Part shown: in pieces, positions 11,097 to 19,789 of the stretch
How the letters are laid out: every line of letters begins with the position of its first letter
Numbering within the stretch: position 1 is the first letter of the stretch
Source of the DNA: a virus
DNA length: 64,000 bases
Direction: 5' to 3' (one strand)
IMG/VR virus record: IMGVR_UViG_3300032783_000063
Location: 1 to 64,000 of that record
Translations under genes and position numbers: made by a program
Notes under the pieces: model-generated
The model's input: the letters and a program-made list of their open reading frames with translations, nothing else
The model's database searches: none
Told to the model about the DNA's origin: nothing

Positions 11097-11801
11097 TCAG
11101 GTCGTGCCGAGGGTCCCGGACCCGGACGGGTATCCGAAGGAGATCGTCTCGGTGGCGGTCCATGTCTGCAGGGTTGCCTTGGTGCCCTGGCTGGATACGC
11201 CCCGGTTGAAAAACACCTCGTTGGCGCCAAGACCGGTGGCGGTGACCCCGTCAGCGTTCCAGTTGTCGGTGCCGAACTCGGCCCACGCGAAGTTCGCCAC
11301 GCCGCCGCCGAACGCGGCGGTAAAAGTCAGCGTGGCCGGGACGATGCCGGTGTTGATGACGGGCGCGCCGGATACGAGCTTGTAGTAGCTGGTGGTGGAT
11401 GCGCCGCCGGTGTCGCCGACGAGGGCGGTCTGGGTGGATGCGGCGGCGGTGTTGGAGGTGCCGACGCCGATCCGGCCGTACGCCGCCCCGAATTTGTTCG
11501 TCACCGACGTTCCGGCGATGCCGCCAAGGAGGATCACCCACCCGGTGGAGACGATCAGGTTGCAGTCGTCTTCCTGTGTTTCCAGGTAGGTTTTCACGCC
11601 GAGCTTGTCGAAATGGACGTGGGTTGGCTCCCATGCGGGCGAGAGCTCGGCGGCGTGCCGCCGCCACCTGGCGTCTGTCCACTGGGTCTGCTCCGCATCC
11701 CAGCGTCGCACGTTGAAGCTGGTGCTCACCGAGGCGTGCTCGCGGGCGACCGTGCCGACGCCTACGCCTAGCCTTTCTCCGCCTGTCGCCACATCGGGCA
11801 T
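11097..11801 (-). CDS. Virion structural protein, fibre-base/collar-like
   Basis: IGVGTSNTAAASTQTALVG...ANFAWAEFG motif typical of phage fibre-base proteins; ATG at 11801. Confidence 0.6.
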   Translation of the reverse strand: MPDVATGGERLGVGVGTVAREHASVSTSFNVRRWDAEQTQWTDARWRRHAAELSPAWEPTHVHFDKLGVKTYLETQEDDCNLIVSTGWVILLGGIAGTSVTNKFGAAYGRIGVGTSNTAAASTQTALVGDTGGASTTSYYKLVSGAPVINTGIVPATLTFTAAFGGGVANFAWAEFGTDNWNADGVTATGLGANEVFFNRGVSSQGTKATLQTWTATETISFGYPSGSGTLGTT

Positions 11802-11883
11802 GGTTGATGTCCTCTCAGGATTTACGGGAACTCCAAGACCCGCGTTGTGGCCGGTCAAGGTCAGTGGTTGATGTCTGGCTGGT

Positions 11884-12543
11884 TCAGATGTCAGGCCAGC
11901 CGGGGGACAGGTCCGCGACGCGTGGTTTGCCGGTCCCGATCCACAGCTCGGCGGCGATGCGCTCTGAGTCCGGCAGCACCGATACGGGCGTGATGTCCAC
12001 TTCCGGCAGCGGCGGCAGGCCCGCGATGTAGTCGCTGCGTGCCCACCAGAAATTGCCGGAGAAATGGTCGCCGGCGTCGATGGTCATGGTGATGTGGCCG
12101 GCGGTCCGGGTCATGCCGGCGGTCAGCCAGTTGCACCCGGCCGCGTCGGCGCCCTCGCCGAGGAGGCGCACGCAGTCCCGCCACCGGCCGACCACGCGGC
12201 TGGTCATGTGCTCCCGCCGGCGCGTCCGGTACTCGTCCGGTGATGCGGCGCCTTTGGTGTGGCAGTACAGCACCGCCGCAGGCTCGGGAGCGTTTATGCA
12301 CCATTGCCGCAGCGCTTCCAGGGTGACCTGCTCGTAGCCTTCGTCCGCAGTCGCGCACCGGTCCCAGCCGGGCAGTGCCTGGCACAGCCACCCTGCGGCG
12401 TCCCGCCGGTTCTGCGGCTGGCCGACCAGGCCGACTGCGGGCATGACCGGGAACTGCGCCGCCAGCAGCGCCGCCGCATGCGCGGCAGCGGGGACCCGCC
12501 AGGTACCGTCCGCCCACAGATGGTAAAAGTGGGCGATGTTCAC
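11884..12543 (-). CDS. Putative glycosyltransferase
   Basis: YEQVTL, LYCHTKG, HFSGNFWWARSDYI, AELWIG motifs of a viral GT-like family; inside the GT cluster. Confidence 0.55.
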   Translation of the reverse strand: MNIAHFYHLWADGTWRVPAAAHAAALLAAQFPVMPAVGLVGQPQNRRDAAGWLCQALPGWDRCATADEGYEQVTLEALRQWCINAPEPAAVLYCHTKGAASPDEYRTRRREHMTSRVVGRWRDCVRLLGEGADAAGCNWLTAGMTRTAGHITMTIDAGDHFSGNFWWARSDYIAGLPPLPEVDITPVSVLPDSERIAAELWIGTGKPRVADLSPGWPDI

Positions 12544-12852
12544 TTACGGGCGCCGGCCGGGCGGACGCCCGGGAGGCGCCTTCACAGCCGGCGGCGTCAC
12601 CGCAGGCTGCGGAGCGGGCGCAGGTACAGGCGGAGGCTCCTGCCGGATCTCCGCAGCCGGCTGCACGGCAGGCCGGACTTCTGCCCGGGCCTCCGGGGCG
12701 GCCTTCACCTCAACGCCCCGGCCGGCGGCGATCAGCGACTCCGCGTGCATATCGTCGAACACGCCCACCTCGCCTGCGGGCGGGTACGTCCGCCACTGGA
12801 CCCCGTCGAAGTAGGCGCCCTCAGTGCCGACGTTCAGCCGGACAGCCTTCAA
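12544..12852 (-). CDS. Small hypothetical protein with Pro-rich tail
   Basis: TTG start coupled to the upstream TGA, GGGAG RBS; AESLIAAGRG motif common in small phage head-region proteins. Confidence 0.55.
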   Translation of the reverse strand: MKAVRLNVGTEGAYFDGVQWRTYPPAGEVGVFDDMHAESLIAAGRGVEVKAAPEARAEVRPAVQPAAEIRQEPPPVPAPAPQPAVTPPAVKAPPGRPPGRRP

Positions 12853-13142
12853 TTTGTGCTCCCATCCCAGGTGGTCAGGCCGGAGGCGACGGTGGCCAGC
12901 GCGACCGGCCGGTCTTTCACGCAGTGCAGGTGCGCCCACCTGCCGTTCATCCGCAGTCCGAGCCGCTGCCCTGGTGCCAGCGGCTCACCGCAGGAACACC
13001 GCGGCGGCTGATGCTGGGACCCGCCCGGCAGCGAGCATGCGGTGCACACCCACCGGCGGCCGCGCCGCACCACAGCATGCCCGGCCTTAACGTCATGCCC
13101 GCACCCGGCCGGCCCGGACTGGCGGGCTTCCCTGGTCGGCAT
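12849..13142 (-). CDS. Small Cys/His zinc-binding protein
   Basis: CGH, CTAC, CSC, HLHC; fits exactly between neighbours. Confidence 0.5.
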   Translation of the reverse strand: MPTREARQSGPAGCGHDVKAGHAVVRRGRRWVCTACSLPGGSQHQPPRCSCGEPLAPGQRLGLRMNGRWAHLHCVKDRPVALATVASGLTTWDGSTN

Positions 13143-14219
13143 CTACAGGAGTTCCCGGTACACGCCGGCCCACCTGTGCCAGTTCGCCTCGATCGTGTGC
13201 GCCCGGGCGACCTCACGGGCCTTCACGCTCATTTCCTCCCGCGCCGCATGGTCATTGGCGAGCTCGCGGAGCCGCCGCCCCCAGTCGCCGGGCCTGCGGA
13301 TCAGGTACCCGGTCACCCCGTCGACCATGACATCCCGGTACGCCTCGCAATCCGACGCCAGCGCCGGAATACCCAGGGCAAAATATTCCAGAAGCTTGAT
13401 GCCGGATTTGCTGGCATCGAACACTGTCCCGGTCAGCGGCGCGAGGCCGATGTCAAAGTCCAGCTGCCGGTAATACGCCAGCGACTCATCCGCCGGCACC
13501 CATTCCGTGAACCGGCACCGGCGGCCGATCTCATCGGAGAAGTCGCAGCCGACTAGATGTAGTTCAGCTTTCGGGTGGCCGTCGATGAACTCCCGCAAAG
13601 GCTCGGTGATCATCTTGATGTCCGGGCCGTGGGAGCCGCCGCCCGCCCAGCCGACCACCAGTTTCTTCCGGTGCCGGTTCCGTTCCAGGGTCAGCAGGCC
13701 GCCGGGGACGCAGTTGGGGAGGACCCGGATCTCCGGGCAGCCCAGTTTCCGGTACACCTCGGCGAGCGGTTCCGTGGATACGGTGACGATGTCGGCGATC
13801 CTGGCCGCATGGGCGACGACGTCCTGCATGACGTTCTGCCGGTAGGTGGCGAGCGTCCACCGTTCCTCCGGCACGGAGAAAATATCGTCGTCGGTTTCGT
13901 AGACGAGCCGGTGCCGCAGCCGCAGGTTCCGCCACGGTCTGAGGGCGGTCTGCTTGTCGAGCCGCTGCGCGGTGATGATCCGGTAGTCGTCGGCGGCCTG
14001 CGGCGGCACCCCCGCCCGCCATTGTGTTTTCCAGCCGTGCCTGCCGAGCTCGGCGAGGGGAACGATCACCCGGTACCAGCCGCAGCCGGACGGGCCTGAG
14101 CTGCCCGGCACCCACCGGACCGTCTCGGAGTCGATGAGCTCGCCGCTGCTGCTGCCTGCGGCCATGTAGGAGGCCACGTAGTCGTGGACGCCCCAGACGC
14201 TCCCGGCCAGGTCGCTCAC
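13143..14219 (-). CDS. Glycosyltransferase family 4 (GT-B)
   Basis: SGCGWYR, YETDDD, VGWAGGGSH, DIGLAPL, KSGIKLLEY, GVTGYL. Confidence 0.9.
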   Translation of the reverse strand: MSDLAGSVWGVHDYVASYMAAGSSSGELIDSETVRWVPGSSGPSGCGWYRVIVPLAELGRHGWKTQWRAGVPPQAADDYRIITAQRLDKQTALRPWRNLRLRHRLVYETDDDIFSVPEERWTLATYRQNVMQDVVAHAARIADIVTVSTEPLAEVYRKLGCPEIRVLPNCVPGGLLTLERNRHRKKLVVGWAGGGSHGPDIKMITEPLREFIDGHPKAELHLVGCDFSDEIGRRCRFTEWVPADESLAYYRQLDFDIGLAPLTGTVFDASKSGIKLLEYFALGIPALASDCEAYRDVMVDGVTGYLIRRPGDWGRRLRELANDHAAREEMSVKAREVARAHTIEANWHRWAGVYRELL

Positions 14220-14229
14220 GGCGGCTCCT

Positions 14230-14826
14230 TCAGGGCCAGACGTCTATGGTCTCGGCGGGGACGGCGACGAACCCGGCCCGGGCGTTCAGCCATGCGGATA
14301 CCAGTTCCCAGTCCTCCCCCGCAGACGGCGGCCCCCACGTGGCCACGTCGGCGAGGTCGGCCCAGTGGAGGATCATGGGAGTGCCGACCGTCCCGAACGC
14401 GGGCATCTCCCCTCCGATGACCGTCGCCCCGCCGTCCGGGCCGTGGCTGACCATCCTGGACACTGCGAACCGTGCTCCGGGGGCGGCCAGGAGCGCGGCA
14501 GCGAGGACCTGCAGATGGTCCGGCCGGTAGGCGTCGTCGTCGTCCAGGTAGGCGATCAGGCCGCCTTCGGCGACTTCGAGGCCGCGCCGCCGGGCCGGGC
14601 CGCCCCAGTGCTCGGTGGTGTCGTGCTCGTCCAGGCAGGTGAACGTGACCTGATGCCGGGGATTCGATGCTTCCAGGACGGCCTGGCCGAGATCCCAGTC
14701 GGGGCCGTCGGACACGATCACATGCTCCACCGATGGCCAGGTCTGCGCGGCGACCGACGGAATGCACCGTTTCAGCAGCAGGTCATGCCTGTGCCAGGTC
14801 GGCGTGATCACCGAGATCAGCGGCAT
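14230..14826 (-). CDS. Glycosyltransferase family 2 (paralog A)
   Basis: LISVITPTW..R, EHVIVSDG, IAYLDDDD, EDW. Confidence 0.9.
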   Translation of the reverse strand: MPLISVITPTWHRHDLLLKRCIPSVAAQTWPSVEHVIVSDGPDWDLGQAVLEASNPRHQVTFTCLDEHDTTEHWGGPARRRGLEVAEGGLIAYLDDDDAYRPDHLQVLAAALLAAPGARFAVSRMVSHGPDGGATVIGGEMPAFGTVGTPMILHWADLADVATWGPPSAGEDWELVSAWLNARAGFVAVPAETIDVWP

Positions 14827-15989
14827 CACAGCGGCAGCGCCCCGGCCAGCCGCTGCCTGGCGGCGAGCATGCCCTGATCCCACCGGGGTTTCGACGTGTC
14901 CAGGACCATTTCCAGGTCAGTCCTGCTGACTGTCACCCGCGCAGGCTGCATCGGCGCCGGCGTGCTGGCGGCCAGGACTTTCGCGCAGTCCCGGACCCAC
15001 GCTGCGCCGAGGACGCCGATGCGGGTATCCCGCCACGGCCCGTGTTCCAGGCTCCCGTAAACCATCCCCGCCGCGTCCAGCACCGTCTCCGCGCCGCTGA
15101 GATCGACGTCGTCGAGAGCGGCGGTGAACGGGAGTGTATCCCGCATCCCCCGTGTCTCCGCCGCCAGGTCACGGCTGAGGGTGTGCGTGTTGCGTTCCTG
15201 CCACACCAGCGGCCGACCGTACCGCACCGACCAGCCGAACTCGCGCATCACCCGCTGCGCGACATACGACGCCCAGATGTCGTCGTAGCGGCCCGCGCCG
15301 GGCAGCATCGTCATCACCGGCAGCAGATCCCGGGCGAACGCCGTGTTCTGCGAGTTGAACGGCGCGTAGGTACCCGGGGCGACAGCGAGCCCCGCCGCTG
15401 CGGCGGGGGACACGCCCGTGCACAGCGGCCGGGCGGCGATCCGGGTCACCGCGTCAATGTCCGGGTCGCCGAGCCACAGCCCGGCCGATACCCCAACCCG
15501 GATGCCGCTGCCGTAGCCCACGGCCGGCGCCCTGTCCGGATGCCATAGCTCGTGCGGGAACCCGCGGTGATGCACCGGCGGGATCAGGAAACCGCCCGGG
15601 TCTGCCCACCTGCCGCCCAGCACCAGCCCCGAGAACGACCGCGACAGGTCCTCAGCGAAATCATCGAAATACCTGCGGTCCAGCGGGATATTGTCGTCGT
15701 CGATCATGACGACGATCGAGGCGCCGTGTTTCACCGCCTCGAGCAGGCCGATGGACCTGCGGCCAGTGCACCGCCAGCCCAGCAGCTCCGAGGACTCGTA
15801 TCCGAGCTTATGCTGATCCTCGTCGCTGTAATACACCATGCTGCCGTTGCGCTCGCAGAACGCGCGGATCTCATCGTGAGGGGCCTGCTCGTCGCCGATC
15901 ACATAGAACGGGACGTCCGGGCCGATTTCCCGGTACCAGCCGAGAACTTCGGGAACCTGGATGGTGGTGGTGACCAGCGCGATGCTCAC
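14826..15989 (-). CDS. RGP/STELLO-like protein (GT75 / UDP-sugar mutase-related)
   Basis: IALVTTTI, IDDDN, HRGFP, GLWLGDPDIDA, PFNSQNTAF, GRYDDIW. Confidence 0.75.
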   Translation of the reverse strand: MSIALVTTTIQVPEVLGWYREIGPDVPFYVIGDEQAPHDEIRAFCERNGSMVYYSDEDQHKLGYESSELLGWRCTGRRSIGLLEAVKHGASIVVMIDDDNIPLDRRYFDDFAEDLSRSFSGLVLGGRWADPGGFLIPPVHHRGFPHELWHPDRAPAVGYGSGIRVGVSAGLWLGDPDIDAVTRIAARPLCTGVSPAAAAGLAVAPGTYAPFNSQNTAFARDLLPVMTMLPGAGRYDDIWASYVAQRVMREFGWSVRYGRPLVWQERNTHTLSRDLAAETRGMRDTLPFTAALDDVDLSGAETVLDAAGMVYGSLEHGPWRDTRIGVLGAAWVRDCAKVLAASTPAPMQPARVTVSRTDLEMVLDTSKPRWDQGMLAARQRLAGALPL

Positions 15990-16684
15990 CGCAGCGCCGC
16001 CAGCCGGGCGGCGTCCTCAGCCCGCCACGTGGTGTAAGGCTCACTGTAGAATTCGGCGCAGCGGATCCCGCCGCGGCCTTCCCGGTAGGTGTCGTCGCCG
16101 TTGCGGCCGGTCAGGTCGAACCGGTCCTGATACACGTAGATACCAGGCCTGGTGATCACGCCCGCGGCGAGGCCGACGTCCTGGAACCAGGTGTCCACTG
16201 CGGGAAGCGGGCACAGCCGGCCGAGCACGGCAAGGACGTCCGCGTGGACGACGGGAAAACAGGTGAGGCCGGGAATGTTGCCGTCCGTCCAGATGATCGT
16301 CCCGGCGGGCTGGGCGCGGACGATGTCGTCCCAGCCTTCTGTCTGCATGATCGCGTCGTCGTTCCATGGTGTCATGGTCCATTCGCCGTCCGCGAGCCCG
16401 AGCAGCGCAGCATGGTAGCGGGCACTTTCCGCATATCCGAACCGGTACGGGGCCTGCCAGATTGCGTCCGCAGACGCAGCAGCGGCAGCCCTGGCTGTTT
16501 CCGGGTCGTCCGGGTCGCAGGCCACCAGGATGTCCAGGAGGTCAGGGCGGGCGGCGCGGTCCCGCAGCGACGTGATTGATTCGGTGAGCATGGCGGCCCG
16601 GCGGCGGGACGGGACGGTAACTGAGATAACCCCCGGCCTGTGTTCCGCTGCTGGCCGGAGTGCCAGCGGGATCATCTCAGTCAC
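15986..16684 (-). CDS. GT-A fold glycosyltransferase
   Basis: ISVTVPSRRR, D-P-D-D, WNDD motif, GWD. Confidence 0.7.
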   Translation of the reverse strand: MTEMIPLALRPAAEHRPGVISVTVPSRRRAAMLTESITSLRDRAARPDLLDILVACDPDDPETARAAAAASADAIWQAPYRFGYAESARYHAALLGLADGEWTMTPWNDDAIMQTEGWDDIVRAQPAGTIIWTDGNIPGLTCFPVVHADVLAVLGRLCPLPAVDTWFQDVGLAAGVITRPGIYVYQDRFDLTGRNGDDTYREGRGGIRCAEFYSEPYTTWRAEDAARLAALR

Positions 16685-17450
16685 GGGGCCGGAACCATCC
16701 TGGCGGGCAGCGCCGCTCGAACACCCACTGCGGCCACGTCTCATCCACGTCCACCGGGGTCAGCCAGGGGGACGGCTGACCGTACCTCTCGCCGAAACAG
16801 TTCTGTCCCGCCCGGTACAGGTCGTTCGCGAGCGCGTTCTCGACCAGCGGGTTCCCGTCGGTATGACAGTGCGCGGCCATTTTCGTCCTGACGGCCGCCT
16901 CTCCCCCGAGCCAGGTCAGATGCTTCCCGGCCTTTGCGATCACCGACGGGCTGGCCTGCCCACGCTCCCGGGCCGTCCAGAACGATCCGATCATCCCGGC
17001 GGGGAAAACCGGGGATGTGCGCAGTGATTCCTTCCACAGCCAGTCAACGGAGAACATGCAGGTGTCCATCTCCATCACCGCCGGGCCACCTGCTGTGAGG
17101 GCGGTGATCGTGGCGGGTGACGGTATCTCGTCGGCGTCCGCGAGAATAACCAGATCATCACCGGCGGCGGCGGCCAGCCCGGCGGCTATCTGGTCTCGCT
17201 GGGCGTGTTCCCGGTCCCACGGGTTCGCGGTGTCCGGCAGATCCTCCGCCACCACATGAATGATCTTGCCGAGCCATGGGCTGAACCGGTCCTGGTTCTC
17301 CGCGAACATCAGCGGTTTCGGGTGGCCCTGATGGTCGGTGCGTGCCTCGACGAGGACATGCCGGTACACCGGCGACTCGTCGAGCTCGGTGAGACGGCAT
17401 TCGAGGATGTCCAGCTCGTCGCGGAACAGGAACGTGTCGAAGATCCTCAC
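16677..17450 (-). CDS. GT17-like (MGAT3-type GlcNAc transferase) protein
   Basis: IFDTFLFRDELDILECRL, VLVEA..H.G.PKP, W.RE..QR, ADADEIP, HLTW.GG. Confidence 0.8.
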   Translation of the reverse strand: MRIFDTFLFRDELDILECRLTELDESPVYRHVLVEARTDHQGHPKPLMFAENQDRFSPWLGKIIHVVAEDLPDTANPWDREHAQRDQIAAGLAAAAGDDLVILADADEIPSPATITALTAGGPAVMEMDTCMFSVDWLWKESLRTSPVFPAGMIGSFWTARERGQASPSVIAKAGKHLTWLGGEAAVRTKMAAHCHTDGNPLVENALANDLYRAGQNCFGERYGQPSPWLTPVDVDETWPQWVFERRCPPGWFRPRD

Positions 17451-18130
17451 CGGGGCAGGCTGTCCCGGAGCCGGGCCAGGTCTGCGGGCCACCGCTGGCA
17501 CAGGAACTCGTCATAGGTTCTGCGGTCAGTCCCGGCGGCTTCGAGGGCCAGCATCCGCGCATACCCGTCATCCGCTGCGGCTTTCCCCGCTGACGGATGC
17601 AGGTGCTCGATGAGCACGTCCGGGCGGTACTGCAGGTTCCCGATGTCAGTCCCCAGTTGTTTCCAGAAGGCGTCGACATACAGGTGGGTCAGTCCCGGCG
17701 GGCACATGTAGCCGAGCCTGCGGACCAGCGCGGCAGACATGACCACAGCGGTCGGGAGTTCCTCCCCCCGCAGGCCGTCGTCGCCGTAGGCAACCCCCGG
17801 CCGGGTGATGAGCGCGTCCGTCAAGGTCTTGTCCCATCCGGGCGTGCGGGGCCGGTGGTCGTCGCCGAGGAACCCGACCGCCGGGAACACGGCGGCAAGG
17901 CCAGGGGCGACCATGTTGAGGACCGGCCCCGGCCCGCGCGGCCCGCTGATGACCGCTACCTGTGCCATCTGCCACCGGGACAGCCGGGCATAGCCGTCTG
18001 CGTGCGGGTCGTCAGCGTCGGCGACTACCAGGAGCATGGCGGCGGCTGTGACCTGCGGCCACAGCCTGATGAGCTCGGCGGCGCTGTGCGGCCTGCCGCG
18101 TGATGGGCAGATCATCACCAGTTGGGTCAA
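17447..18130 (-). CDS. GT-A fold glycosyltransferase
   Basis: PSRGRP, FLGDDH, GWD, HLYVD, IEHLHP. Confidence 0.75.
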   Translation of the reverse strand: MTQLVMICPSRGRPHSAAELIRLWPQVTAAAMLLVVADADDPHADGYARLSRWQMAQVAVISGPRGPGPVLNMVAPGLAAVFPAVGFLGDDHRPRTPGWDKTLTDALITRPGVAYGDDGLRGEELPTAVVMSAALVRRLGYMCPPGLTHLYVDAFWKQLGTDIGNLQYRPDVLIEHLHPSAGKAAADDGYARMLALEAAGTDRRTYDEFLCQRWPADLARLRDSLPR

Positions 18131-18819
18131 GGCTTGACTCCGGTGAACATGCCCCGGTCTCCGGGGTGCCCGGAGTAGGCGTAGGAGCCCGTGGTGATGT
18201 CATCAAGGTAGTCGAACTGCCGGAAGACCAGCGGGAACCCGGCGCATCGGATCGCATCGCACAGGTCTGGGATAGCCAGCCAGAACGATCGCTGGTTCCC
18301 CCATGATCCCCACCGGCTGTCTGCGGCCGGATCGTCCTGATACCAGTGTCCGCGGCGGCCCTCGTTCTCCGTGCCGGGGCGGTCGGAGTAGTGGGTCTGG
18401 AGGATCAGCAGCCTGCGGGTGATCTTGCCGAGCATGTTCAGGAACGCTACCGGCCCGTCCAGGTGGTAGAGGAGGCCGCAGCAGAACACGGCGTCGAATC
18501 CGCCGTGCCGGTGCAGGTTCCGGGCGTCGTCCCGGACGAACCGCAGGTTCGGCAGATCCAGCGCTTCGGCGATCCGCTGGCAGTTGGCCATGTTGACGGC
18601 CCGGACCTCGACGCCGACTACGTCGTATCCGGCGCGGGCGAACTCGGCCGCATAGCCGCCTTCGAGGCAGCCGACGTCGGCGATCCTGCCGCCGCCGGGG
18701 AGCGCCAGTTTCAGGTCCCGCAGAGCGGCCTGGCAGATTCCCGTGTCTGCGGTCAGCGGCACGCCCGGAAGCGTCTCCGACCCGTCCGGCAGCCGGATGT
18801 TGTGCGCGGTGAATGCCAT
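18127..18819 (-). CDS. Class I SAM-dependent methyltransferase
   Basis: IADVGCLEGGY, FDAVFCCGLLYHL. Confidence 0.9.
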   Translation of the reverse strand: MAFTAHNIRLPDGSETLPGVPLTADTGICQAALRDLKLALPGGGRIADVGCLEGGYAAEFARAGYDVVGVEVRAVNMANCQRIAEALDLPNLRFVRDDARNLHRHGGFDAVFCCGLLYHLDGPVAFLNMLGKITRRLLILQTHYSDRPGTENEGRRGHWYQDDPAADSRWGSWGNQRSFWLAIPDLCDAIRCAGFPLVFRQFDYLDDITTGSYAYSGHPGDRGMFTGVKP

Positions 18820-19478
18820 CAGAAACGTACTTCGCGGGTTATAGGTGGCGATGGGTATTTACAGTCTCGGTAGTAGTAATCTGCGGTAATTTGCGGGTCG
18901 CATGCCCATGTCACCCCGGCTTTCATCCAGCGCTCTACCAGATCCCAGTCATCGGCAGGCACCCCTGTCTGCCACGTCGCTACGTCCAGGATTTCGCGGC
19001 GGTGCAGGATCGCGGACGTGTCGATCCCCCCGAACATCGGCGGATCGGAGCCGACGATCACTGACCGGTGCGCGTGATGCATCTCGATCCGCGAATACGC
19101 GAACCCGGCTTCCGGGTGGTCCCGCAGTAGCCTGGCGAGGCGGTGCAGGTGAGCGGGCCGGAACGTATTGTCGTCGTCCAGCCACGCAACTAAGCTGCCC
19201 GTGGCGAGCTGGACGCCGCGGAGCTTGGCCCGGTACCCCCAGCGGATGGCCGGGTCATGGCTGGCGAGCTCGCCGAGGACCAGGGACACCCTGCGGCCGG
19301 GCCGCCCGGATCTGATCATCGCGGCGGCGAGGCCCGGGTCGGGGCCGTCGGACACGATCACATGCTCGATCTCGCCGGGATAGGTCTGGTTCCGGACCGA
19401 TGGCATGCACGTGGTAGTCAGTTCCGCGTGCCTCTGCCACGTCGGCGTGATCACCGAGATGAGAGGCCAGCCGCCCAT
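18819..19478 (-). CDS. Glycosyltransferase family 2 (paralog B)
   Basis: LISVITPTWQRH, EHVIVSDG, AWLDDDN, DDW. Confidence 0.9.
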   Translation of the reverse strand: MGGWPLISVITPTWQRHAELTTTCMPSVRNQTYPGEIEHVIVSDGPDPGLAAAMIRSGRPGRRVSLVLGELASHDPAIRWGYRAKLRGVQLATGSLVAWLDDDNTFRPAHLHRLARLLRDHPEAGFAYSRIEMHHAHRSVIVGSDPPMFGGIDTSAILHRREILDVATWQTGVPADDWDLVERWMKAGVTWACDPQITADYYYRDCKYPSPPITREVRF

Positions 19479-19789
19479 CAGGCGGGGCTGCTGTCGAAAA
19501 TGTATGCGGCGGCCGGGTGTGCCTTGCAGTCTTCGCACCACGGCGTGGCGGCGGCCGGGACTGGTCTGCGGCCACGGTGATCCTCGGCGGGGTGGCACGG
19601 GTTGAGCCGGTGCTCAGGGTGGATCTCCGTAGTCATATGGGAGTGCCAGACGACGGCCCCGGCGTGGTGCAGCACATCACCGGTAACAGGATTGATGACA
19701 GGCTCGGTGGTGATGCAGTCAATCACTTGACAGTTGTCGTGGCCATGACGGCAGGGACCGCCAGGCTGGATGCGCTGGATGAAGGCCAT
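19478..19789 (-). CDS. His/Cys-rich small hypothetical protein
   Basis: ATG coupled to upstream TGA; fills the gap in the operon; MAFIQRIQPGGPCRHGHDNC...WCEDC. Confidence 0.55.
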   Translation of the reverse strand: MAFIQRIQPGGPCRHGHDNCQVIDCITTEPVINPVTGDVLHHAGAVVWHSHMTTEIHPEHRLNPCHPAEDHRGRRPVPAAATPWCEDCKAHPAAAYIFDSSPA

